64,000 nucleotides of DNA from Dehalococcoidia bacterium (GTDB taxonomy: Bacteria; Chloroflexota; Dehalococcoidia; Lucifugimonadales; UBA1123): assembly GCA_963664365.1 (NCBI GenBank), contig OY761144.1, positions 3,243,621-3,307,620 of the forward strand. The letters run 5' to 3'. Numbering within the stretch: position 1 is the first letter of the stretch; every line of letters begins with the position of its first letter. Below, piece after piece: positions 36,121 to 45,252 of the stretch. The position numbers were made by a program, and so were the translations under genes. The notes under the pieces were generated by a model. That model was not told where the DNA came from, ran no database searches, and was given only the letters and a program-made list of their open reading frames with translations.

Positions 36121-38325
36121 CTAGTGGCCCATCCTCTGCTTGAGGTCCTGATCTACCCAGGCGTACATCAGGACTCTGTGGAAGCCCTCGAACGCGCCGC
36201 CATACTCGCCCCGGTAGCCCTTGAGCCAGGGCTGGTGGAGCATGATCAGGGGAACCCTTCCGAGATAGATCGAGGACACCTCCTTGATGTAGAGCTCGTC
36301 CATCTCGCGCGCTATCTGGCGATACGCGGCGACGTCGGTCTCCTCGCCGGCGCGGGCGATCAGGTCGTCCAGGTAGGTATAGCCGCCGGCCACGGGAACC
36401 GAGAAGGCCATTTCGCCAACCGGGAGGACATTCTTGTGACGGCAGCATCCGTGGGTCATCCCGTCGTGGGAAGCCTGTATGATGCGGTTGAAGTACACGC
36501 CGTCATCCGTCTGCGCGTTGATCTCGACGTCCACGCCGATCTTCTTCCAGTAGCTGGATGCGAGCAGCGCGAGATCGACGTCCTCAGCCCATTCCGCTTT
36601 CAGGTCCCAGCCGGCTGTGAACCTAACTCCGTCCGAGCCGCGGGGGTACCCGGCTTCGTCGAGCAGCCTCTCAGCCTCGTCGGGGTCGAACATGTACTGG
36701 GCCTTGACGTCGTCGGGCCACTCTTCGAAGGGTATGAACATGCCCGGCGCGAGGGCTGTTATGAATCCCGTCGGGGTCGGGTTGGCCATGCCGTAGTAGT
36801 AGCCGCTGTTTATCTCGGCCAGGTTGATCGCCTTCTGCATGGCGATGCGGACGTTGCGGTCGTTGAAGGGCTCGCGGTCGCCCCTCATTATCGGCGTGGT
36901 GGACTGAACGCCGGCCAACGTGTGCGCTACTAGCTCAGGGTTGGTCTTCTGAAGGGCGATGGCCTGCTCCAGCGACAGGTGTTTTCCGCCGGCGAGGGCT
37001 GTCTTGCCCGTGCGAAGCGCGGCTGCCCTGGTCGCCGAGTCTTCGATTACGAACAGCCTGATTTCGTCGGCATACGGCAGACTGTTGTTGAGGCCCGGAT
37101 GAATAGGGTCGATCTGCCAGTAGTTGGAGTTCTTGGTGAGTGTCAGGGAGGAGCCGGGCTGGAAGGCGGTTATCTCGTAAGGCCCTGTGCCGACCACGTT
37201 CTCCCAGTCCTGCATGTCGCCGCTCTGTTCGATGACCTCCGGGGGCGCTATCAGGCCTGTGGGCGTCTCGCCCACGCCCAAGAACCACTGGATGTGGAGA
37301 ACGTGTCCGGGTTCCGATAACTTGACGACAAAGTTGTTGTCTTCGGTCGCCTCGAAGGACTCTACTGGGATGCCCTGGAAAGCCTCGTAGAAGATGTTGG
37401 GTTCTGTCGCTCCGGACCCCATTCCGAAGTCGCGTAGGAACGTGAACTCGATGTCCTTGGCGGTAAGCTCACGACCGTTCATTGGGGCCTTGTCGTGCCA
37501 CTGGACGCCCTCGCGGATGTCGAAGGTGTACGTCATAAGGTCGGATGAGATCGACCAGTCTTCGGCCAACTCTCCGCCGGCGTAGCTCATATCGACGTAT
37601 CTGGACGTGAGGTAGCGGGCATTGTCGCGGGGCAGCGACCAGTCAACGTCGCCCATCGCCTCCAGGACGAACGGCGAGTAGAGCACCATGCTCTCCCTGG
37701 CGTTATGGTAGGGGTCGAAAGTCTCCGGCAGGCCGATTACGGCTGCGGGAATCGTCCCTCCGTAGCGTGGAACCTCGACCACCTCTCCCCATACGTTGGT
37801 GGTGAATCTCTCGGGCTGAACCTCTTTCTGGACCACGACGGTCTCGCCGGGAAGCTGGATTGTCTTGACGACCTCCACCGTCTTGACGACCTCCACCGGG
37901 ACCTCTTTGGTGACCACGACGGTCTCGCCGGGTACTTCAACGGTCTTGACGACCTCTTTTTCGACGACCACGGTCTCGCCCGGCACCATCACCTCTTTGA
38001 CGACCTCGACGGTGACGGTCTCGCCCGGAACCTCGACCGTTTCAGTGACCACCTTCTCAACGACAACCGTCTCGCCGGGAACCTCGACCGTTTCAGTGAC
38101 CACCTTCTCGACGACAACCGTCTCGCCCGGTACCTCGACCTCCTTAACCACTTCCATGACGACGGTCTCGCCCGGAACCTCCACGGTCTTGACGACCTCC
38201 TTCTCCACCACCACCGTTTCGCCGGGAACCTCCACTGTCTCTGTACCGCATGCCATGACGAGCATCAGGAGCAGCGCCGCTCCCGCGGCGAAGAGGATCC
38301 AACCAAATGTGCGACTCTTGGACAT
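36121..38325 (-). CDS. ABC transporter substrate-binding lipoprotein, family 5, with N-terminal tandem-repeat stalk
   Basis: ATG 38325: MSKSRTFGWILFAAGAALLLMLVMAC-GTE (lipobox), about 145 aa of VEVPGETVVV repeats, then a family-5 SBP body (WHDKAPMNGRELTAKDIEFTFLR, NSNYWQIDP...LPYADEI). The 39-codon upstream extension in the ORF track is rejected. Confidence 0.88.
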   Translation of the reverse strand: MSKSRTFGWILFAAGAALLLMLVMACGTETVEVPGETVVVEKEVVKTVEVPGETVVMEVVKEVEVPGETVVVEKVVTETVEVPGETVVVEKVVTETVEVPGETVTVEVVKEVMVPGETVVVEKEVVKTVEVPGETVVVTKEVPVEVVKTVEVVKTIQLPGETVVVQKEVQPERFTTNVWGEVVEVPRYGGTIPAAVIGLPETFDPYHNARESMVLYSPFVLEAMGDVDWSLPRDNARYLTSRYVDMSYAGGELAEDWSISSDLMTYTFDIREGVQWHDKAPMNGRELTAKDIEFTFLRDFGMGSGATEPNIFYEAFQGIPVESFEATEDNNFVVKLSEPGHVLHIQWFLGVGETPTGLIAPPEVIEQSGDMQDWENVVGTGPYEITAFQPGSSLTLTKNSNYWQIDPIHPGLNNSLPYADEIRLFVIEDSATRAAALRTGKTALAGGKHLSLEQAIALQKTNPELVAHTLAGVQSTTPIMRGDREPFNDRNVRIAMQKAINLAEINSGYYYGMANPTPTGFITALAPGMFIPFEEWPDDVKAQYMFDPDEAERLLDEAGYPRGSDGVRFTAGWDLKAEWAEDVDLALLASSYWKKIGVDVEINAQTDDGVYFNRIIQASHDGMTHGCCRHKNVLPVGEMAFSVPVAGGYTYLDDLIARAGEETDVAAYRQIAREMDELYIKEVSSIYLGRVPLIMLHQPWLKGYRGEYGGAFEGFHRVLMYAWVDQDLKQRMGH
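37810..38244 (-). repeat. In-frame tandem repeat (about 8-9 units) encoding VEVPGETVVVEKEVVKT-like units
   Basis: TETVEVPGETVVVEKEVVKT / VEVPGETVVMEVVKE / VEVPGETVVVEKVVTET (x2) / VEVPGETVTVEVVKEVM / VPGETVVVEKEVVKT / VEVPGETVVVTKEVPVEVVKTVEVVKTIQL / PGETVVVQKEVQPE. Confidence 0.95.
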
Positions 38326-38445
38326 TGTCTTGACTCCTATCCTTCTGGGTTCGACTCTGCTCGATTGGGGCGTGAGGTATAAGGTACAGGATGCAAGGTG
38401 TAGCGTACAAGGGGATGGATATTGGACAGTGGTAAGGGACAATGT

Positions 38446-39603
38446 TCATTCCGCGGGCGCCGGCTCAGGCTCTGCTTCATCTTCGGTGGCTGGCGGCTCT
38501 TCCGCGGCCTCGGAGTCCCACTCTTTGTAGAAGTAAACGAACACGTCCCTTGCCGCGGCGACGAGAGGCACGCCGACGATGACGCCCCAAAGTCCCGCGA
38601 CTTCGCTCGCCACCACGAGCGTCACCATTATGATCGCGGGATTCAGCCGGACGGCTCTGCCCTGTATGCGCGGCGCGATGAGGTTGTTCTCTATGAGTTG
38701 AACGATTACGTAAACCAGCGCGACCCATATCACCTGGCTGGGCGAGCTTGCCAGCGTGACCAGCAGGCCCGGAACGGCGCCGAGCAGCGGACCGATTATA
38801 GGAATCAGACCGAACAGCCCGGCGACCAAGCCCAGAATGGCGGCGAACTTGATGCCAAGTATGGACAGTCCGACGAAGACCATGACTCCGACGACCGTCG
38901 CGCTCAGTAGTTGCGCCCTGACGTAGGAGCCTATGACGCGGTTCACCATGAAGATGACGCTGCGCGTGTGAACTCGTCCGCGCGGCGACAGCATCGGATA
39001 GACCCCGCCGACCACTTCCTCGCGGTCCTTGAGGATGAAGAACAGGAAGAACGGCACGATGGCGAGTCCAATCACCAGCGTCACCGCGTTGGATACGCCG
39101 CTTATCGTTCGCTGGATGATCCCGCGGGCGGCGTCCGCGAGAACGTTGCCGCCCGCCGCGACCGCCTCTTCGATCTCGGTTCTCAGCTCGACGGGCACCC
39201 GCTCCGTGAAGTCCTGAGACCAGCCCTCCACAGTGGACCTTGCTCGCTCATAGAACTCCGGGAAAGTCTCGATGAACTCTTGCGATTCGGCGAACAGAGG
39301 AGGAATCGTGAGATACAGAATGCCCGCTGCCACCGCCGCGAACCCGACGTAGATCGTCAGTATAGATACGATTCGGGTTACGCCGGGCATCTTGTCGTGG
39401 CCCGGCATCCGCTCCTCCAGAAACACCACCACCGGATAGAGAAGTTCGGCCAGAACAATGCTGATGACGAACGGGAACAGAGCGCCGCGCGCCATATACA
39501 GGATGATGGCGATCACCAGCAGCGCGGCTGCAACGAGGCCGACCTGCCGCCACTTTATCCAGGCCTCATGGCCCGAACTGCGTTCTGGAGTCTCAGATGA
39601 CAA
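38446..39603 (-). CDS. AI-2E family transporter (PerM/UPF0118)
   Basis: Multi-TM protein with ..IPIIGPLLGAVPGLLVTL.. and ..QLIENNLIAPRIQGRAV.. motifs. There is no in-frame ATG between the upstream gene stop (39627) and the first TM, so the proposed start is TTG 39603 (alternative ATG 39495). The start is uncertain. Confidence 0.75.
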   Translation of the reverse strand: MSSETPERSSGHEAWIKWRQVGLVAAALLVIAIILYMARGALFPFVISIVLAELLYPVVVFLEERMPGHDKMPGVTRIVSILTIYVGFAAVAAGILYLTIPPLFAESQEFIETFPEFYERARSTVEGWSQDFTERVPVELRTEIEEAVAAGGNVLADAARGIIQRTISGVSNAVTLVIGLAIVPFFLFFILKDREEVVGGVYPMLSPRGRVHTRSVIFMVNRVIGSYVRAQLLSATVVGVMVFVGLSILGIKFAAILGLVAGLFGLIPIIGPLLGAVPGLLVTLASSPSQVIWVALVYVIVQLIENNLIAPRIQGRAVRLNPAIIMVTLVVASEVAGLWGVIVGVPLVAAARDVFVYFYKEWDSEAAEEPPATEDEAEPEPAPAE

Positions 39604-39626
39604 TTTCGACCAGCATACCTTCGGCT

Positions 39627-40739
39627 TCAGCCCACGACATCGGAGATCATCCCCCGAACCATGGGCAGCAGATGCTCGGCGACACGGTCGCACTCCTCGA
39701 CGTGCGGGAACCCCGATAGGATGAATTCGTCTATGCCCAGCTTCCAGTAGTCCAACAACTCGGCGGCTGCCTGCTCGGGCGTCCCGACGATCGCGGTCCC
39801 GCAGTTCACGCGGACCGTGGAGATGCCGTTCCACAGGCGCGGGCTTAGCCTGTGGTCTTCGACCGCCCTCGTCTGAGCCTTCTGCCCGACGATGGCCGTT
39901 CCGGCGAACGCCGCCTGTCGCTGCTCCCTGACAACCGACGCCGACTTGGACAGCAGCGACTCCGCGGCCTCCCACGCCCCGGACTCGGTCGGTCGCACGA
40001 TAACGTGCGTCCGCAGTCCGTAGGCCGATTGGCGTCCCGCCGACTCGAACTCAGCCTCCGCCTTTTGAATGTGCGCCTCGATCCGCTCTTTCGGAAGTAT
40101 CCACGCCAGATAGACGTCGGACTGTCTGCCGGCGAGCGCCAGGGCGCGATCCGACGCTCCTCCGAGGTAGAACTTCGGCCCTCCGTCCACGACGCCGGGC
40201 GAAGCGAGCGCGCCCCTGAAAGTGACGAAGCGCCCGTCGAAGTCCACGGGCTCGGGCCGTTCCCACAGAGCGCGGAGCGCCGCGATGAACTCCTCTGCGC
40301 GCTCGTAACGGTACGCCTGGTCGCTCGTCTCGCCGAACCGCTCGAAGTCCCCCTGAATCCCGCCTGGGACCACGTTCAGGTCTATGCGTCCGCCGCTGAT
40401 CTGGTCGAGTGTCGCGGCCATCTGCCCGAACAGGCCGGTCGAAATGAATCCCGGCCTGACCGCGATCAAAAACCTGATCCGGCTGGTGACCGCCGCGAGA
40501 GCGGTCACGGTCGTCCAGGTCTCCGACAGCGGCGCGGTCTCCTCGAAGAGTCCGTTGGCAAACCGGGTAGGGATGAGCAGCGAGTAGAATCCGTTGCGCT
40601 CGGCGGTCTGAACCACCTCGTTCAGATAGTCGAACGTGGGCGGACGCTCGGCGCGAAGGGCACCGATGTGTCTGCCGTCGCCGTCGATTGGTATGAACCA
40701 GTCGAATCTGGGCTCCGGTCTGTTCTGTCGTTTCGGCAC
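39627..40739 (-). CDS. SsuD-like FMNH2-dependent monooxygenase (luciferase-like, alkanesulfonate monooxygenase family)
   Basis: GTG 40739: ..FDWFIPIDGDGRHIG.....P.FDYL..V.Q.AE..G....LIPT.., ..LIAVRPG.., ..ILSGFPHVEE..RV.E.L.P.. is collinear with E. coli SsuD as remembered. The ORF-track N-terminal extension overlaps the esterase gene and is rejected. Confidence 0.75.
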   Translation of the reverse strand: MPKRQNRPEPRFDWFIPIDGDGRHIGALRAERPPTFDYLNEVVQTAERNGFYSLLIPTRFANGLFEETAPLSETWTTVTALAAVTSRIRFLIAVRPGFISTGLFGQMAATLDQISGGRIDLNVVPGGIQGDFERFGETSDQAYRYERAEEFIAALRALWERPEPVDFDGRFVTFRGALASPGVVDGGPKFYLGGASDRALALAGRQSDVYLAWILPKERIEAHIQKAEAEFESAGRQSAYGLRTHVIVRPTESGAWEAAESLLSKSASVVREQRQAAFAGTAIVGQKAQTRAVEDHRLSPRLWNGISTVRVNCGTAIVGTPEQAAAELLDYWKLGIDEFILSGFPHVEECDRVAEHLLPMVRGMISDVVG

Positions 40740-40750
40740 GGGACGCCCGT

Positions 40751-41650
40751 CTAGCTCATGGCGGTTGTTTTGGCGCGGACATACTCCCCAATTCGCTCTA
40801 TGGCGCGCTGGCCCTCGTCCAACATGGGCGCGAACAGGTGCCAGACGTGGGTCATCTCCTCCCAGGACTCGAAACAGGTCTCGACTCCGGCCGCCTCGGC
40901 CTTTTCGGCGAGCCTGGTCGCGTCGTCGTAGAGCGTCTCGCTCGTGCCGACCTGTATGAGAAGCGGCGGCAGCCCGCTGAGGTCCGCGTATAGCGGCGCG
41001 GCGAGCGGAGTCCTGGGATCGGCGCCGTTGAGATAACTTTCCCCCATTGCGACCAAGCCCTCGCGCTGCACCATGGGGTCCAGGGCCGCGCGGGATGTCA
41101 TCGACTCGCCCAGACCCTCCATATCGACCCACGGGGATATGCAAACCCCGCACGCGGGCAGCGATACGCCCTGCTCCTTCAAGCTAACCAGCGCGGCGAC
41201 CGTCAGGCCGCCGCCCGCAGAGTCGCCGGCTATCGCAATGTCGGCGGGGTCGCAGCCCTGACCGATGAGCCATTTATACGCCGATACCGCGTCTTCGACC
41301 GCAGCCGGAAACGGATTCTCGGGGGCGAGCCGGTAGTCGATCACGAGCGCGTCGGCGTCCGCCGCCACAGAGAGGCGGCGCGTCAACTCCTTATGGGTGT
41401 TCGGCGACCCAATGACGTATCCCCCGCCATGAAGGTATAGTACGGCTCTGCCGCTGGATGTCTCACCACTGGATACCAACTCGCCGGGAACGCCGTCCAC
41501 GTCGACTGTGAGGATGCTCGCCGCGGTGTCTCCGCCCACGACGCGCATCAGCTTCTCGAATCGCTTACGGGAGTCGTGAACCGTGGGGTTCTCCAGAGGC
41601 TCGCGGCCGGTCAGAAGGTCGATTACGGCGTCAAGCTGAGCGTTGGGCAT
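40751..41650 (-). CDS. Alpha/beta hydrolase, hormone-sensitive-lipase-like esterase
   Basis: ATG 41650: oxyanion motif LHGGGY, nucleophile elbow GDSAGG, and a C-terminal ..HVW.. His region. Confidence 0.85.
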   Translation of the reverse strand: MPNAQLDAVIDLLTGREPLENPTVHDSRKRFEKLMRVVGGDTAASILTVDVDGVPGELVSSGETSSGRAVLYLHGGGYVIGSPNTHKELTRRLSVAADADALVIDYRLAPENPFPAAVEDAVSAYKWLIGQGCDPADIAIAGDSAGGGLTVAALVSLKEQGVSLPACGVCISPWVDMEGLGESMTSRAALDPMVQREGLVAMGESYLNGADPRTPLAAPLYADLSGLPPLLIQVGTSETLYDDATRLAEKAEAAGVETCFESWEEMTHVWHLFAPMLDEGQRAIERIGEYVRAKTTAMS

Positions 41651-41841
41651 GGTCTTTCCTGCTCCGGGCGCGGGGGTTGGAGTGGTGCGAGTGTAGCAAC
41701 GAGGCAGTACGCCGTCAATGCGAGACCGCATTTATCTTCTGCGTTCATACCGATATCCAGCTTTGTACTAGCTCCATCAGAGTCTTCTGTCCTGACAAGG
41801 AGGTGAGTTCTCGTACTGCCCAATACTTGCCGCGTCGTTTC

Positions 41842-41876
41842 CTATCAGGGATAATGTCAACCATACTGCCTGATAG
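41842..41876 (+). promoter_or_regulatory. 8-bp perfect inverted repeat upstream of the parA-like gene (possible operator/centromere-like site)
   Basis: ctatcagg (41842-41849), a 19-nt spacer, then cctgatag (41869-41876), about 60 nt upstream of GTG 41934. A single copy was seen. Confidence 0.25.
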
Positions 41877-41933
41877 AGGCGACCTCATGGATTTCTAGTT
41901 ATCCGTCACCAGCCCCCGGCAGAGGAGGCTTCT

Positions 41934-42818
41934 GTGCCATCCGAGAGTGGTCCGATCTGCATATCGGTCATCAACATGAAAGGCGGCGTCGGCAAAACGA
42001 CAGTCGCAGCGTCGCTGTCCCGTGTTGCCGCACGGCGTTACTCTTACAGGAACTCCAGTCGCCGAGTCCTAGCCATCGATCTGGACCCGCAGGCCAATAT
42101 GTCCCAAGCGCTCATGGGCGAAGGAAGCTATAGACAGTTCTTGATTAGCCGTTCGCCTTCGGTTGTTGAGGTGTTTACAGGGTATCAGCCTCCGACATCT
42201 GGTTCATCGTCAGCGACCGCATTGAGTGTTTCCAGCGTGGTTCGCCCTGTCAGTCATAATTTGAGAGTTATTCCCTCACGGTTTGACTTTTCCGACAACT
42301 TGATCTCTGCCGTAAGGCCTGATTCACGATGCCTAGCGCGGCTCATTGCCGACGACTTCCAGGATGAAGCTCTCATACTCATCGACTGCGCGCCTACTGA
42401 GTCCATATTCACTCAAGCCGCATATCACGCCTCGCGATACATCCTCGTTCCCGTCAGACCTGAGTTCTTCGCGACCATCGGTTTCCCGTTGCTCAATGAT
42501 TCACTCAACGAGTTCAGAAGAAGTAATCGGGGACACCAGATCGACGTGATCGGTATTGTTGTCAACGATGCCACCTATCGTGGCAACAACGATGGAGGAC
42601 CAGAGAGACGAACGGCAATGATAGAGATTAGAGAGGAAGCAGCCAAGAATGGATGGCATATCTTTGATAACCAGATTAGTTATTCGCGGGGCTTTCCCAA
42701 AATGATGAGAGGTAATTACAGCCATATCGGGAATGCTCAGTCTGAGATGAACCGGTTTGCTGACGAGTTTTTCGATATGGCTGAGTTGAGTGGGCTCGGT
42801 CTTGGTACACTACCCTGA
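41934..42818 (+). CDS. ParA/Soj-family (deviant Walker A) ATPase, orphan
   Basis: GTG start. ISVINMKGGVGKTTVA (KGGxGKT), VLAIDLDPQANMS (A' motif) and ILIDCAPT (Walker B). There is no N-terminal HTH. It lies in an AT-richer islet. Confidence 0.8.
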   Translation: MPSESGPICISVINMKGGVGKTTVAASLSRVAARRYSYRNSSRRVLAIDLDPQANMSQALMGEGSYRQFLISRSPSVVEVFTGYQPPTSGSSSATALSVSSVVRPVSHNLRVIPSRFDFSDNLISAVRPDSRCLARLIADDFQDEALILIDCAPTESIFTQAAYHASRYILVPVRPEFFATIGFPLLNDSLNEFRRSNRGHQIDVIGIVVNDATYRGNNDGGPERRTAMIEIREEAAKNGWHIFDNQISYSRGFPKMMRGNYSHIGNAQSEMNRFADEFFDMAELSGLGLGTLP

Positions 42819-42830
42819 GGGAGTTGGGTC

Positions 42831-43358
42831 ATGGTCAAAGACAGTCTCAGTGATACGCTGCGCGCAATGGTTATGGAGTACGGATTCGAGCAGGTTGACG
42901 CATCGCTCAGGGAGATAGGCCCCCCCGGCAGGCCAAATCAGAAGGCCGAAGCGTCTAACGGGGGCACAGATACACGGGGCACTACTAGGAGAAAGTCCAA
43001 GCCCACAGCGCCACAGTACGTTGCCAAGATGGAGTTGCTGCCGGAGGTAGAGCCAACGGTGGTTGAACTTGCCGAAAGATTTCAGAGTAAGTCCTTCCTC
43101 CCCACATTTGGAGATATTGTCAACTTCTGTCGCCTGAATGGCATCGATGAACCTGCGTCTAAGTCTCGCGCAAACGCCATACCCAGAGTCTTCAAGCTCT
43201 TAGTGTCAATGGAGCCCCAAGAGGTTCAGAGAATTCTTGACGAAGGAATGTTCTCAGGGCCATCTCGTCTGGGGCCAATCGCGGATGCAATCCGTCGTAA
43301 TGGCAGAGCTAGTGCCGTTGCCGGTTCGAGTGATTCTCTAGGCATAGATTCTCGATAA
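42831..43358 (+). CDS. Hypothetical protein (175 aa) downstream of parA-like
   Basis: It starts 12 nt after the ParA-like stop. A basic, probably disordered segment (RPNQKAEASNGGTDTRGTTRRKSKPTAPQY) sits between two small predicted helical regions. I recognise no family. Confidence 0.5.
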   Translation: MVKDSLSDTLRAMVMEYGFEQVDASLREIGPPGRPNQKAEASNGGTDTRGTTRRKSKPTAPQYVAKMELLPEVEPTVVELAERFQSKSFLPTFGDIVNFCRLNGIDEPASKSRANAIPRVFKLLVSMEPQEVQRILDEGMFSGPSRLGPIADAIRRNGRASAVAGSSDSLGIDSR

Positions 43359-43360
43359 CG

Positions 43361-44161
43361 TCACACCTTAGAATACTCCGGCGCCGCGATCTGGGTTCCG
43401 TCCGAGAGGTCCGACACCTCGAAGTCGCCGAACATGATCGGCGCCTCTTTCTGGAGGATTTCGAGTACCTGCAAGGCGAGCGAGCGTATCTCCCAGTCGG
43501 CGAACGGCGCGGCGCGCATCTCTATGAAGTGTCTCCACGCCCTGACGTTTCCAGTGACGAATATCTTGGTCTCCGTGGCGTTCGGCAGCGCCGCGCGCGC
43601 CGCCTGCCGGATCGCCTTGCGGCGGTCGGTATTGCGCTCGAATCTCTCCCTCGGAAGCGCCGACTCCAGTTCAGCCACCAGCCTAACGTAACTCTCCGAC
43701 GCCGACTCCATCGCGTCCTTCAGGATGCCGCGCGCCTCGTCCGCGCCTACGTCGTCGCCTGCCAGCGCGGGCGGCAGGACGAATGATCCCTCGGTCTCGT
43801 CCACGTATCGCTGCGACCGCTGGCTGTATGCGAATCCTGCCCTGTGCCTGACTAGCTCGTGCGTCAGGCTCCGGGAAACACCCGTGAACACGAACCCGTA
43901 GTTGACGTGCTCGAACACCGAGCCGTCCTTCGAGCTGAGCAAGTTGTGTATGAAATCCGATATATCCCGCCTTCCGCGTCCGAAGCTCATGTAGCACAGC
44001 CGCGCCGACACCTCTATGATCGCGTTGGAGTCGTCCGCGCCGGCCCTGATGCTGTCGGGGATCGGTGGAAGACCCTCGTCTGAGAGAAAAGCTGCTATCT
44101 GCTCCCAATCCACCGCGGGTCTGCTGACCAGGTACACCCTGGCTCCGGAACTGTATTTCAT
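43361..44161 (-). CDS. thyX: FAD-dependent thymidylate synthase
   Basis: ThyX signature ..LTHELVRHRAGFAYSQRSQRYV.. (RHR...S.RSQRY). Confidence 0.9.
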   Translation of the reverse strand: MKYSSGARVYLVSRPAVDWEQIAAFLSDEGLPPIPDSIRAGADDSNAIIEVSARLCYMSFGRGRRDISDFIHNLLSSKDGSVFEHVNYGFVFTGVSRSLTHELVRHRAGFAYSQRSQRYVDETEGSFVLPPALAGDDVGADEARGILKDAMESASESYVRLVAELESALPRERFERNTDRRKAIRQAARAALPNATETKIFVTGNVRAWRHFIEMRAAPFADWEIRSLALQVLEILQKEAPIMFGDFEVSDLSDGTQIAAPEYSKV

Positions 44162-45036
44162 CTGTCGAAGTCCTTTGGGGGATTATTCATGTTGTTCAGA
44201 GCTTGGCGCGCCGCCTCGAACATCGCCGTCGTGGAGGCGGGCAGTCCAGTCCACCGGCGGAACGAGGCCGCCCCTTGGTAAACCAGCATCGGGAGGCCGC
44301 CGACTACTTCCGCTCCTCGAGCGCGCGCAGTCTTCAGCAAAGGCGTATCCGCGGGGTTATAGACCATGTCGTACACCACTACTCCGGGCCTGATGAATTC
44401 GGGCGGGATCGGAGACGCTCCCTCGGACGGGCCGTGCAGCATCCCTACCGACGTGGAGTTGACGATCAGATGCGCTTCCAAGCAGCGTTCAAGCAGTCCG
44501 TCGTCATCCAGCGCGATTGCGCGCGCTTCCAGTCCCATCCGACGTACCTCGTCGGCAAGCGTTCGCGCTCGTTCCAACGTGCGGTTGGCAATCGTCAACG
44601 ACCGAGCGCCCTCCATCGCCAGCGCGTAGGCCGCCGCGCGCGCAGCGCCCCCGGCGCCGATTAGCGCGGCGTCCAGACCCGAAAGAGTGAGACCCGCCTC
44701 ATCCTTGAGCGAGTCTATGAACCCTGCGGCATCCGTGTTCGACCCCAGCAGTCGGCCCCCGTCGTTCACGATGGTATTGACCGCGCCGATCCTGGTCGCC
44801 AGCTCGTCGATCTCGTCCAGATGCTCCATCACCGCCCGCTTGTGCGGCGCCGTGACGTTCGCGCCCAGGTATTTATCCCCTCTGAGCTTGGCCACGCCGC
44901 GCGCGAGCGCGTTGGGCGGTGTGTCCCACGCCTCATAGACGGCGTCGATACCCGCGTGGTCGAACGCCGCCCGGTGCATCGCGGGCGATATCGAATGAGT
45001 AATCGGGTACCCGAAGATACCGGCTTTGAGGGTCAT
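44158..45036 (-). CDS. aroE: Shikimate dehydrogenase
   Basis: ..GIFGYPITHSISPAMH.AAF...G....Y......P........L......GANVTAPHK.., and GAGGAARA. There is a 4-nt overlap with thyX. Confidence 0.9.
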   Translation of the reverse strand: MTLKAGIFGYPITHSISPAMHRAAFDHAGIDAVYEAWDTPPNALARGVAKLRGDKYLGANVTAPHKRAVMEHLDEIDELATRIGAVNTIVNDGGRLLGSNTDAAGFIDSLKDEAGLTLSGLDAALIGAGGAARAAAYALAMEGARSLTIANRTLERARTLADEVRRMGLEARAIALDDDGLLERCLEAHLIVNSTSVGMLHGPSEGASPIPPEFIRPGVVVYDMVYNPADTPLLKTARARGAEVVGGLPMLVYQGAASFRRWTGLPASTTAMFEAARQALNNMNNPPKDFDR

Positions 45037-45252
45037 TGGCGCGTTGTCCTGCTCTGAGCCCCGAGTATATCAGGAAAGGCTGTGAGGGGGCTTGCCGAGG
45101 TTCATGAAATCCCGTTCTAGTACGAAAGCACGAGGAGGGGCGTAGCCCGAATGTCGTCGAATCCTGACCCCATTTACCGATGAAAGTATTAGACAAGTAC
45201 GGTACTTTGGTAGTACGGGGGCAGCAGTTCAGATTCTTGAGAAGGACGCGAA

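Noticed and set aside
37705-38530. Plus-strand ORFs encoding their own repeat peptides (TTVSPGTSTV.., DDLHRLDDL..).
   Set aside because: They are the antisense reading of the SBP tandem repeat. The periodicity is inherited from the minus-strand gene, whose lipobox and SBP body give it clear priority.
38446-41153. N-terminal extensions of ORFs 38446-39975 and 39627-41153. The same issue applies to 25694-26773, 36121-38442, 8936-10066, 18666-19874 and 27012-28127.
   Set aside because: The extensions overlap the upstream gene or are R/G-rich with no homology. Internal starts that match family N-termini and leave normal spacing were chosen instead.
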